Below are positions 49,539 through 58,281 of a stretch of 64,000 nucleotides of DNA, in pieces; position 1 is the stretch's first letter; each line of letters begins with the position of its first letter. Origin of the DNA: a candidate division WOR-3 bacterium (GTDB taxonomy: Bacteria; Hydrothermota; Hydrothermia; JBDRYB01). The DNA lies in NCBI GenBank assembly GCA_039803205.1, contig JBDRYB010000003.1, positions 1-64,000 of the forward strand, given 5' to 3'. The notes below the pieces were generated by a model, which did not search any database, had not been told where the DNA came from, and worked only from the letters and a program-made list of their open reading frames with translations. Both the position numbers and the translations under genes were made by a program.

Positions 49539-50498
49539 CTATTTTATAAGCTTTGCAGTTTTCGTTCCAAACCCCGTCCTCGCGACGAGGATGTGGACCC
49601 CTTTGCCCAGGCCAGAGAGAGAAAACCCATGTTCTCCGGCCGAAAGTCTTCCGGAGACGAGCTCTCGCTCGGCCCTTCCAGCGGGATCATACGCGTCTAT
49701 TTTGACCCAGGTCTCTGATGGGATGTTCAGATACAGCGTTCCGGATGAGAGCCAGATGTCAAATCCTGGGGCTTTTGGGGTATCCTCATGGGCCCCTGAG
49801 CCGTAAACAACCTTTATCTGTTTTGATTGGTGGACCAGGTGAGTCTGGTAGCTCTGAACGAATATCGTCGCGTCAAGGGACTCTGGGTTCCATCCGGATA
49901 TGTTGAAGGTCCAAACGAACCGCTGGGTATCCCCTGCCTGTGAGACGAGGAGGCTGTCGCCTGTTGGCTTTGATATGATGTCCCTCATTATGAACCTGTT
50001 GTAGCGGCCATCCCCAAAGACATGCCGCTCAGTTATCACGCAGAAAACCCTGGGATCGGGCGCGGTGGGAGGGAGGGTTGTCTCAATCTTTATGAGGCAC
50101 TCAACGATCCCGGAGGTGGATGTGCATGTGGCACCAGCATCTATGATTATCGGCGAGACGACCCACTTCCAGTTGTTGACCCTGTTCTTGTAGCGGTTAT
50201 AGTCCCCGGTGGTGTCATCCGTGGAGCCCAGTTCGCGATCAACCCCCGTGAACCACACATCAGGCACCCCTGATACCCCATAAAAATTGAAGCGGTATGT
50301 GGCATCCGAGCCGGAAAGCCCTTGCATGTATTGTATGACGCTCACGGTATCCGAGAAATCCCTGGCTAGCCACTCGCAAGCCGCATTGGAAAACGGACAG
50401 TGAGGACATGTTGTGCTACTGAATGCCTCCACCAGAACGCTCCTCTGCGCGGCCCAAAGCAGTCCAACCAACCCCAAAAGCAAAAAGATCCTCTTCAT
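49539..50498 (-). CDS. Omp28-related thioredoxin-like protein with CTD
   Basis: 'VLVEAFSSTTCPHC', 'FYGVSGVP', 'FIMRD', 'IFVQ'; CTD 'YDPAGR...GKGVHIL...KLIK'. Confidence 0.8.
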   Translation of the reverse strand: MKRIFLLLGLVGLLWAAQRSVLVEAFSSTTCPHCPFSNAACEWLARDFSDTVSVIQYMQGLSGSDATYRFNFYGVSGVPDVWFTGVDRELGSTDDTTGDYNRYKNRVNNWKWVVSPIIIDAGATCTSTSGIVECLIKIETTLPPTAPDPRVFCVITERHVFGDGRYNRFIMRDIISKPTGDSLLVSQAGDTQRFVWTFNISGWNPESLDATIFVQSYQTHLVHQSKQIKVVYGSGAHEDTPKAPGFDIWLSSGTLYLNIPSETWVKIDAYDPAGRAERELVSGRLSAGEHGFSLSGLGKGVHILVARTGFGTKTAKLIK

Positions 50499-50587
50499 AG
50501 CTTGTAGATTATAGATCAAAAAAGGGGGTGCTTTCAACCCGGGGTAGCCCGAGAACCCACATTTTCCCATGCTGGATATGAGAGGGA

Positions 50588-51052
50588 CTATCTTCTGTGA
50601 AACAGCCCCTCCTCAGCGTGGCAGGACAGGCACTTCCCCCCTTTTCCCTTAAGATAAAGCCCATGATCAACCCTGGCCTGGGGGGTCATTGAGGGGGAGA
50701 GAAGCTCCCTGTGGCACCTGCGACACCCTTCATCCCTCACCGATAGGATTGCCCTCGCTTTTCTCTCTTCCTGAGGGGAATACCTGTGCACCATGTGTTT
50801 GAGAATGTTTGTCCCAGCCTCAAGCGCAGAATAGCCGTGGCAATCCGTGCAGATCGGGATTATTCCCTCTGATTGGGAGCCGTGAACTGATGACCTGAAA
50901 GATCCTGCTGGCTCGCGCATCTCGTGACAGATGGTGCAAAGCCCTTCCTCTGATCTCTGGAAATAGGCCACGCCAGAAAAAACAGCCGCTCCAAGGATCA
51001 GACCCAATCCTGTGAACGGGAGCCACCTCAGAGCATCTTCGCCTTTTGCCAC
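50588..51052 (-). CDS. NapC/NirT-family tetraheme cytochrome c
   Basis: N-terminal TM; four CxxCH motifs (CTICH-EM, CTDCH, CRRCH, CLSCH). Start uncertain (GTG overlapping the mazG end). Confidence 0.8.
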   Translation of the reverse strand: MAKGEDALRWLPFTGLGLILGAAVFSGVAYFQRSEEGLCTICHEMREPAGSFRSSVHGSQSEGIIPICTDCHGYSALEAGTNILKHMVHRYSPQEERKARAILSVRDEGCRRCHRELLSPSMTPQARVDHGLYLKGKGGKCLSCHAEEGLFHRR

Positions 51053-51756
51053 AGCTCTTCCATCTCCTCCAGGCTCATCTCCTCGAGAGCAAAGCCTTTG
51101 GCCGCCGCGAGCTCCCTCATCTTCCTGAACCTCGCGAGGAATCGCGCGTTCGCATCGCGGAGGCATTCCTCAGCCGAATAGCCCAATTTCCTGGCGAGCA
51201 TTGCCCCAGCAAACAGAATATCGCCGATCTCGTGCGCAACATCCGCATCAGCCGCGATAGCCTCGCGCAACTCCCTTATCTCCTCATCCAGCTTCCCGAG
51301 CACACCTTGGGCGCTTTCCCAGTCAAAACCGAGCCTCGCGGCCTTCCTGCCTATCTCGTCAGCGAGCATTAAGGCTGGCTGGCGCGTGTTGATCCCTTCT
51401 GGGAATTCCTCGCTTTTGCTCTTTTCCCACCTCTCAAGCACCTTTCCCATATCAGGGCTTTCCCCACCGAAAACATGCGGATGCCGGCCTTTCAGCTTCT
51501 CATATGCCCCTTCCAGAACCTCCTCAAGCTTGAAAATCCCCCTCTCCTCAGCTATTGCAACGAGCATGAGGATGACGATTATGGCGTCACCGAGCTCCTC
51601 AGAAAGCCCCTTACCGCTTTCAATTGCCTCAAGGACCTCGTAAGCCTCTGCCACAAGGGCTGTTCTCATGGATTCAAGGGTCTGCTCCCTGTCCCAAGGA
51701 CAACCATCCGGTTCCCTGAGGCGTTTTATCAGGGCATATAGGTCGCCCAGCTCCAT
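51028..51756 (-). CDS. mazG: Nucleoside triphosphate pyrophosphohydrolase MazG
   Basis: 'GCPWDREQT', 'EELGD', 'RHPHVF', 'GFDW', 'EIGDILF'. Confidence 0.93.
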   Translation of the reverse strand: MELGDLYALIKRLREPDGCPWDREQTLESMRTALVAEAYEVLEAIESGKGLSEELGDAIIVILMLVAIAEERGIFKLEEVLEGAYEKLKGRHPHVFGGESPDMGKVLERWEKSKSEEFPEGINTRQPALMLADEIGRKAARLGFDWESAQGVLGKLDEEIRELREAIAADADVAHEIGDILFAGAMLARKLGYSAEECLRDANARFLARFRKMRELAAAKGFALEEMSLEEMEELWQKAKML

Positions 51757-51758
51757 AT

Positions 51759-53240
51759 CTAGAATATTATGGCCTTATCTCCTATGAAGTGCTCCCCGAA
51801 ACCTATGTGCCAGAAATATACGCCCGGCGAGATCAGCCCTGGGATGAACACGGAGTTCTTGCCCTCTCCGAATTCAGAAGTGAGGGAATAGACGAGCCTG
51901 CCGGAGGCATCGTATATCCTTATGGCCGTCTGACCGCTGGCCGGAAGGGTAAAGTGAATGGTCCTGCCGCTCATGTATCCGGCCAGTCCCTTCTGGCCCT
52001 CGGCTTCTTCAACCCCCACTACATCCACGGTGTAGAGAAAGCTGAGCTGAGGGGTCGTATTATACCAGTTTATGCAGACAGGCATCAGAACGAGGGTATC
52101 GTAATCAAGGGTTGGAACAGTGAAGGCCGCATATCCCTTATCGTCAGCCTCATGTTCATACACATCCGAAGGAACAGTTGGCCCTGACCTGTAGCCTATC
52201 ACGAGGACCTTCCATGTATAGTCATCCTCCCCGTCAAAGTAAAAGAAGAGGCTATCCGCAGAACCCCATGAATCAAAGACGATGCAGTCGCATCCCCCTG
52301 GCCCCCTTATCGGCAGTATTCCCTCGTTCCCTGAAGCGGGATAGGTATGGTGAGCTCTCAGGGTAAATATGGAGGCCCACAGGTTGGCCTCTGACCAGTG
52401 CCACTGATCCCAGTGGCCCCCCGTGAACCACCTCCAGGCCGCGTATTCTGTTAGGGCGTTCTCAAGGCTATCCCCGTAATCCCTCCTGAGAACGCCATCT
52501 ATGTCCCTCATGGTATGATTGCCCCAGTGAAGCCCGAGGGTATCCCAGATGGTTCTTATGATGTCCCTGTTGTTCTCCCAGAACATAAGGAAAAGGGGCC
52601 AGACCACGCCAGCGTATTCGTAGAGGTCGCTGGGGTTTGTCATGTGGGTTATTTCGTAATTGGGCCTTCTCAGGGGCCCTACGCCATTTATATAGCCTAT
52701 GTAGGTGTTGTCATCCGGATACACCATCTCCTCGGCCCACACCGCGCAGTTCTCAAAGAACCAAGTTCCATCCGAAACAGTGTATGAGAACTGGCAAGCG
52801 TGCATGAACTCGTGGCAGACCGTGCTCTTCATGTATCCGCCCAGGTTATCATCAACGGCTATGTAGGAATAAAAGTCCTCCTGATACGGGTCAGGGCCCT
52901 CTCCCTCTGGAGCGCAGTAGCCGAGAACACCTCCTGTAAGCCCGATTATGTGTATGTCATACCGGTTATCACCTCCGGCTCCGTTGTCAGGAGGGGGCGC
53001 ATCAAAGCCCAAAGAGTCAACCTCAATCTCCCAAGAATACTCAGCTATCTCCGCTATCTGCCTCGCGTAGTCCTCTGATACAGCATATGCGCCAGTTGTG
53101 TCGTAGTGGATCCTGAAGTGCGTCGTGTCGTATGTGGTCTGGTTTGCTGGGCGGGGCATCCTGATCCCGTGCTCAAGGATATGTGGCGTGCCACATATCC
53201 AATTTCCAAATAAACATAGTCCAAAAACCATGCCTGACAT
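51759..53240 (-). CDS. Secreted HExxH metalloprotease (MXAN_6640-like) with CTD
   Basis: 'HFRIHYDTTG', 'CHEFMHACQ', 'WFFENCAVWAEE'; CTD 'IYDASGRLV...PGVYF..KAIIF'. Confidence 0.82.
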   Translation of the reverse strand: MSGMVFGLCLFGNWICGTPHILEHGIRMPRPANQTTYDTTHFRIHYDTTGAYAVSEDYARQIAEIAEYSWEIEVDSLGFDAPPPDNGAGGDNRYDIHIIGLTGGVLGYCAPEGEGPDPYQEDFYSYIAVDDNLGGYMKSTVCHEFMHACQFSYTVSDGTWFFENCAVWAEEMVYPDDNTYIGYINGVGPLRRPNYEITHMTNPSDLYEYAGVVWPLFLMFWENNRDIIRTIWDTLGLHWGNHTMRDIDGVLRRDYGDSLENALTEYAAWRWFTGGHWDQWHWSEANLWASIFTLRAHHTYPASGNEGILPIRGPGGCDCIVFDSWGSADSLFFYFDGEDDYTWKVLVIGYRSGPTVPSDVYEHEADDKGYAAFTVPTLDYDTLVLMPVCINWYNTTPQLSFLYTVDVVGVEEAEGQKGLAGYMSGRTIHFTLPASGQTAIRIYDASGRLVYSLTSEFGEGKNSVFIPGLISPGVYFWHIGFGEHFIGDKAIIF

Positions 53241-53270
53241 CAAAGGCTCCTTTTAGAGCTGTAGCCCTCT

Positions 53271-54776
53271 TTATCTTATTACGGCCTTGCCCTGACGACT
53301 CTGACCAGCAAAGGAGAACTCCCAGAAATAGACGCCCCTGGCAATGGACCCTGGAAGAGAAAGCCTATTCTCGCCAGAGGGGAATTCTCCCACGAGATCA
53401 AAGGCCTTTCTGCCCGTGGCATCGTAGAGCCTCAGGGAAACCTCGCCTCCCCTCGGAAGGTTAAAGAGGAAGTCGCGGCCCGCGGAGGCCACTCTCAGGA
53501 ACTTATCAGGGACGCTCTCGTCCGCAGCAACGACATCAACCGTGTATTCAAAGTAAAGGTCTTGGGTATATGAACCATCAATCCAGTTGCAGACCACGGG
53601 AACCAAAATGAGGCTATCGTAATCCGCTGTGGGTATCTTGCTCGTGCCATAGCCGGTAATGTCGTCAACGGGTATTCTCATTGTATCGGATGGGTTCGCG
53701 GCCCCGGTCCTGTAGCCTATGACGAAGAGCTCCCAGTCATACCCATCAGAACCGTCAAAGTAGAAGTAAAGGGTGTCGTTGGGGTTGTAGTTGTAGAAAA
53801 CCACATAGTCGCACCCGCCAGCGCCTCTCGGGTAGAATATCCCTTGGTTGCCGGAGGCGGGATAGGAACCATGATACTTCACAACCGTAGCGGGTGGATA
53901 GAGGTTCGCCTCTGACCAGTGCCAATTATCCGCTCTCCCTCCGACGAACCATCTCCAAAGAGCGTAGTTCTCAAGGGCTGTCTTGAGATCGGTGCCGTAA
54001 TAGGTGGAAAGGACATAGTCTATATCCGAATAGGAATGCGCGCCGACATTCACCCCGTATCTGTGCCAAATCATCTCTATGATAGCTGTATCTTTCACCC
54101 AGAGCATCAGAAACAGGGCCCACACAACGCCGCCGTATTCGTAGAGATCGGTTGGATTGGTCATGTGGTTTATTTCGTAGTTGGGCCTCTTGAGGGGGCT
54201 TACCCCGTTCAGATAGCCCACATATTCGTTATCATTCGGGTAGCACATCTCCTCCCCCCACATGGCGCAGTTCTCCATGAACCATATGTTGGCCTGAGTT
54301 CCGAGTGAACGCTCGTATGCCATCTCGCAAGCGTGCATGAACTCGTGGACAACGGTTGCTCTGAGGACCGAAGCGTTCAGATTCTTGCCTATAACTATGT
54401 AGCTCGTGTAGCTCTGGGGGTAGTTGCCGCCAGGGCTTTCCGGAGCAGTGTATCCGAGGACGCCGCCTGTCAGATACTGGACATACATGTCATACAGGCT
54501 ATCCCCGCCCATAGACCCATCTGAAGGAGGCTTCTCAAAACCGAGCTGGGTCACATAGACACTCCACCCGTGCTCCGCATACATTGCTATGCTGTCCGCG
54601 TATGACTTCGGAACCGCGTGGGTCCCTGTTGTGTCATAGTGTATCTTGAAGTGGGTCGTGGTTATGTAGGTCTGGCAGGTTGGCCGGGCCTTCGGGCCCT
54701 TCTCATCAAACTCCTCTGCTATCTGAGCGGTGCCGCATATTCCCGGCACGCCAACGAGGGATAGTGCTATAAACAT
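53271..54776 (-). CDS. Secreted HExxH metalloprotease (MXAN_6640-like) with CTD, tandem paralog
   Basis: 'HFKIHYDTTG', 'VHEFMHACE', 'WFMENCAMWGEE'; CTD 'LYDATGR...RGVYF..GKAVIR'. Confidence 0.82.
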   Translation of the reverse strand: MFIALSLVGVPGICGTAQIAEEFDEKGPKARPTCQTYITTTHFKIHYDTTGTHAVPKSYADSIAMYAEHGWSVYVTQLGFEKPPSDGSMGGDSLYDMYVQYLTGGVLGYTAPESPGGNYPQSYTSYIVIGKNLNASVLRATVVHEFMHACEMAYERSLGTQANIWFMENCAMWGEEMCYPNDNEYVGYLNGVSPLKRPNYEINHMTNPTDLYEYGGVVWALFLMLWVKDTAIIEMIWHRYGVNVGAHSYSDIDYVLSTYYGTDLKTALENYALWRWFVGGRADNWHWSEANLYPPATVVKYHGSYPASGNQGIFYPRGAGGCDYVVFYNYNPNDTLYFYFDGSDGYDWELFVIGYRTGAANPSDTMRIPVDDITGYGTSKIPTADYDSLILVPVVCNWIDGSYTQDLYFEYTVDVVAADESVPDKFLRVASAGRDFLFNLPRGGEVSLRLYDATGRKAFDLVGEFPSGENRLSLPGSIARGVYFWEFSFAGQSRQGKAVIR

Positions 54777-54802
54777 GATCTACCTCCATTTCTGTTTTCC
54801 AA

Positions 54803-54832
54803 ATTATAAAACATCTGGGTTCGGTTTTGCAA
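54803..54832 (-). promoter_or_regulatory. Sigma70-like promoter of the protease pair
   Basis: Minus strand TTGCAA-N18-TATAAT, then a GGAGG RBS. Confidence 0.55.
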
Positions 54833-54861
54833 CATGCAGGAGAGGTGGTTCGTGCTTGTCG

Positions 54862-56091
54862 CTAGACCCTTCTCCTCACCCTAATCCTCAGCCCCTTCAC
54901 CTCCTCAACGACGATGGTGTCGCCTTTGGATATGTCATCCGCGGCCTCCGCGAGCCACCTCTCTCCGTGGACGAAGACCTGGCCCTTCCCGCCGGCCCTT
55001 ATGTCCTCAAGCGCCTCGCCCTCCTCGCCTATGAGGCCCTCCTTTCCCGTAGTGGGGCGCCACAGCTGGGCACGGATGGCCTTTCCAATGACGAAGATAA
55101 ACAGGAGAAGGGTGAGGATGACGACAACGGAGATGGAAACCCAGCTTATCCTTAAATATGGGACATTTATGTCAAAAAGCATGATAGAGCCGAAGAGAAG
55201 GGAGAGAACCCCTCCGGTGCCGAGTATGCCGTGGGAGGTTATCTTCACCTCCGCGAGCATGAGGCCAACCCCGAGGATGATGAGAAGGACGCCCGCGTAG
55301 TTCACGGGAAGGAGTTGAAAGGAGTAAAAAGCGAGGATCAGCGAAACCGCGCCCGTAACCCCTGGGAATATGCCGCCCGGGTGAGCGAGCTCAAACAGCA
55401 GGCCGTAAAGCCCTATCATCAGGAGGATATACGCTATATTTGGGTTAGCCAGTAGGGCAAGGAGGCTGTCCCTGAAACTCATTTCCCTCTTTATCACTCG
55501 TGCGCTTGCAAGCTCAAGCGTTTTCCCTCTCACGGGTCTGCCATCAAGGGCTATGAGCAACTCTTCCGGGCTGCTGGCGACCAGGTCAGCTATCCCAGCG
55601 GCAACAGCGCTGTCAGCGGAGAGGCTTTTGGAGTGTCTGACGAACCTCTCTGCCCACTCAGCCGGCCTCCCCGTCTTCGCGTAGAGGGAGGCGAGGTAAG
55701 CAACGGCGTCGTTGGTGATTTTCTCAAGCATGACCGAATCAGCCTTCTCCCCCATGGACACAGGATGAGCGGCTCCAATGTTTGTTCCCGGAGCCATGGC
55801 CAAGAAGTCAGCGGCCCCAGCGATAAAAACACCGGCTGACGCGCACCTTCCGCCAGAAGGGTAAACGAAAACGCATATGGGAACCTCAGATGCTATCTCC
55901 TCCTTCACTATGGTTCTCATGGATTCATCAAGGCCCCCAGGGGTGTCCATGTTTATTAGGATGAGGTCAACATGCTCCGAGTTCGCCTTTCTAATTTCCC
56001 TGGCGAGGTATTCCGTAACAGGCGGCGAAATTGCCCCGGAAACCGTGAGCTGGACCACAGTAGCTGAGAGAAGTGCCGAGCAAAGGGTCAT
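54862..56091 (-). CDS. nfeD: NfeD-family membrane-bound serine protease
   Basis: 'MDTPGGL', 'ASAG', 'MAPGTNIGAAHPV'; TM region; OB-fold 'VHGERWLA'. Confidence 0.93.
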   Translation of the reverse strand: MTLCSALLSATVVQLTVSGAISPPVTEYLAREIRKANSEHVDLILINMDTPGGLDESMRTIVKEEIASEVPICVFVYPSGGRCASAGVFIAGAADFLAMAPGTNIGAAHPVSMGEKADSVMLEKITNDAVAYLASLYAKTGRPAEWAERFVRHSKSLSADSAVAAGIADLVASSPEELLIALDGRPVRGKTLELASARVIKREMSFRDSLLALLANPNIAYILLMIGLYGLLFELAHPGGIFPGVTGAVSLILAFYSFQLLPVNYAGVLLIILGVGLMLAEVKITSHGILGTGGVLSLLFGSIMLFDINVPYLRISWVSISVVVILTLLLFIFVIGKAIRAQLWRPTTGKEGLIGEEGEALEDIRAGGKGQVFVHGERWLAEAADDISKGDTIVVEEVKGLRIRVRRRV

Positions 56092-56224
56092 GATTATATT
56101 ATAATCCACCCTTGGCGCGAGATTCACTACCTTGAAACGCTAACTCCCTAACCAGCTGGTTCTACTCCTCCCAGCAAAATTTCCAACCCGGAGGACGAAA
56201 CCGCCAAGGATCAAGGTTTTACGG

Positions 56225-57811
56225 CTATTCTCCGAAGGCTCTCTTTCTAAGTCTTCTGTAGTATTGCCTGTATTCATCAATGTAACGGTCATAAGGAAAT
56301 TCAGGCAAGAGATCGTCCACTGCTAGCTCCCGGGCCTTTGCCAGAAGCGATTCTTTTTCATCCTGCTCATGGGACGATTCGGATCTGACAACCAAGTTTT
56401 CCAGCTCGGAAAGGTCTGTCCAGACATCGCCCTCAAGCTGGTAAAAATCGTGCTTGTGCACAATGAGAACATTTCTATCAAGGACCCTCCTGGCAAAGGA
56501 TACTGCCTGATAAAGCAGTTCCCGGTTCTTCCTGTCATATCTCTTTCTAGGCCAGAGGAGGTAGAAGAGATGATCCGCAGCTATCCTGTGTTTTGAGGAC
56601 AGCAGGAGATAAATAAGAAACAAGGCTGATTTTCTGCTTCGCCATTCCAGAGGTTTTATTTCTTTCCCCTCCACATATATTCTTAGCTTTCCAATGAGAT
56701 AAGCCCTGATGCCCTTGTCTTTGTAGCTCTCTGATATTCCCGTCACCATAGGTTCCACCCTCAAGATGAACTCTCCGAGAATGGGGTCCTTTTTGGAATT
56801 AGGATATAGGGGGATGAGGTGGCCTATGAGTTTCAAAGATTTGGTAAAGACAGGGCTATCAGTTTCCCAGGCCAAATAGGCGGCAGTAAGGCCCGAGAAA
56901 AAGGCTTCTGTGTTCTGATAAGCCTTAATATAATTGTTCGTGGCCTCCAAAAGACCTTCTGCGGTTTCCAGATCACTTTCCTTAAGAAGTGCTTCGGCCT
57001 CTTGGGCCGCGGCTTGTTCAGCCCAGGCTCCCTTTCTTGCGAGTTTTATTGCTTTCCTTATGAGCGCTTTGGGCGGCGGCTCAAGTCCTGTAAGCCGAGA
57101 GATCTCAAGGGCCTTGGCCAGAGGGACAATTGCATAGACCGAACCAAAACTCAGATGCCCCTCAGCGGATTTCATAAAATAAACTATACTCTCGCGAAGC
57201 TCTCCTGCTATTCTCAAACAGATGGCTTTAATTTCCTCCAGGACGCAATAAAAGATGCCCTTCTTTTCACTTCTCATAAGCGCATCGGTCATCCTAATGG
57301 CTTTATGTGGGTTTCCGAAAAATAACTCATATATTATCAGATAATATTGAGCGGTTACGAGACGAATATCTCTGAGTTTCCCTTTGGATTTGATGCGGGA
57401 CACCTCACTAAAACAATCGCGGTATTTGCCTTTCATAAAAAGGATGTGGCAAAAAGCAAGAGAAATTGCGTCTTGTGAATCTTCATCACCCAGCTCTTGG
57501 GCGATATCTAGCGCTCTAAGATAATACCTTTCAGATAATTCCAGTTCTCCCAAATCTACATACGCGTTGCCCATCAACCTCAAAAGGTAAAGAGTTGAAG
57601 CAGGATCATCACTGAGACGACTGAGAAGCTGTTGACCCTTCTTGATGGTCTGAGTAAACATATTTTTGTTGATACATATCCCCACATTAGCCAAGGCAAA
57701 TGCTAAGGGATCATCCCTTTTGAGCCGCTCTAAATAGGCAACAAGCTTGTAGCTCATGCCTTCTAGCATGAACATCATGACAGCCTTCTTGGCCTTCTCG
57801 GCTCTGGTCAT
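56225..57811 (-). CDS. TPR plus SARP/BTAD-like transcriptional regulator
   Basis: N-terminal TPRs; C-terminal 'LIGKLRIYVEG...WRSRKS..LIYLLL...LWP' winged-helix and 'VWTDLSE' BTAD-start motifs; AT-rich. Confidence 0.75.
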   Translation of the reverse strand: MTRAEKAKKAVMMFMLEGMSYKLVAYLERLKRDDPLAFALANVGICINKNMFTQTIKKGQQLLSRLSDDPASTLYLLRLMGNAYVDLGELELSERYYLRALDIAQELGDEDSQDAISLAFCHILFMKGKYRDCFSEVSRIKSKGKLRDIRLVTAQYYLIIYELFFGNPHKAIRMTDALMRSEKKGIFYCVLEEIKAICLRIAGELRESIVYFMKSAEGHLSFGSVYAIVPLAKALEISRLTGLEPPPKALIRKAIKLARKGAWAEQAAAQEAEALLKESDLETAEGLLEATNNYIKAYQNTEAFFSGLTAAYLAWETDSPVFTKSLKLIGHLIPLYPNSKKDPILGEFILRVEPMVTGISESYKDKGIRAYLIGKLRIYVEGKEIKPLEWRSRKSALFLIYLLLSSKHRIAADHLFYLLWPRKRYDRKNRELLYQAVSFARRVLDRNVLIVHKHDFYQLEGDVWTDLSELENLVVRSESSHEQDEKESLLAKARELAVDDLLPEFPYDRYIDEYRQYYRRLRKRAFGE

Positions 57812-58025
57812 GGGAATAGTTTAGAGATAGAGAACGATCAGAATCAAGTCGGAGAAGCTCCTTCGTCCGCACTCAACATTAGATTTGCAGAGCATTCACA
57901 AGGAACGCACCGGTTCTGTTTCAGCTCTGTTTCAGTTGATTCCGTAAATATAGGCCCGTATGCACGGAGGCATAGAATAATGCAGATAACCTTGTTGGCA
58001 GCTCCTCAGACATGGAACGGTTGAT

Positions 58026-58187
58026 ATGGCTCCAAACAAACATGTATGCCTCCACTGCCCCAAACGGAGCAATGGTAGGCTTGTTCACCCCTGCAATCTC
58101 GCGGCAAGCGAGAACGGGATAAGCTTTGACTCTGGCGTCTATCTCTGGCACGCAGGGCCATATAAAGGAAAGGCAGTAGTGAGATGA
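58026..58187 (+). pseudogene. Orphan C-terminal module of the repeat-protein family (53-aa ORF or gene remnant)
   Basis: Translates to MAPNKHVCLHCPKRSNGRLVHPCNLAASENGISFDSGVYLWHAGPYKGKAVVR*, matching the CTD of three neighbours, with no passenger domain or signal peptide. It is not in the ORF track. Confidence 0.8.
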
Positions 58188-58192
58188 AAACT

Positions 58193-58264
58193 ATAGACCG
58201 GCTCCGGAACCTGCTCACCTCCTATTATGCCGGAGCCGGCCTATTTTTCTTTGAAAACGAAAAC
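58193..58264 (+). promoter_or_regulatory. Conserved intergenic stem-loop plus TTGAAAACGAAAAC motif (copy 1)
   Basis: CCGGCTCCGG(58198-58207)/CCGGAGCCGG(58230-58239); 22-nt loop with CACCTCC; pyrimidine tract; motif at 58251-58264. Confidence 0.7.
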
Positions 58265-58281
58265 AACCTGGAGATTTTATC

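Noticed and set aside
49070..50498. Selenocysteine in the TlpA or Omp28 CxxC motifs
   Set aside because: Both motifs use ordinary Cys codons, with no in-frame TGA.
56185..56205. Hammerhead ribozyme (GGACGAAAC)
   Set aside because: No CUGANGA core at a compatible position.
58006..58218. Antisense 70-aa ORF starting at the GGAGGTG in the hairpin loop
   Set aside because: The equivalent GTG at the second hairpin copy reads in a different frame, so no protein is conserved.
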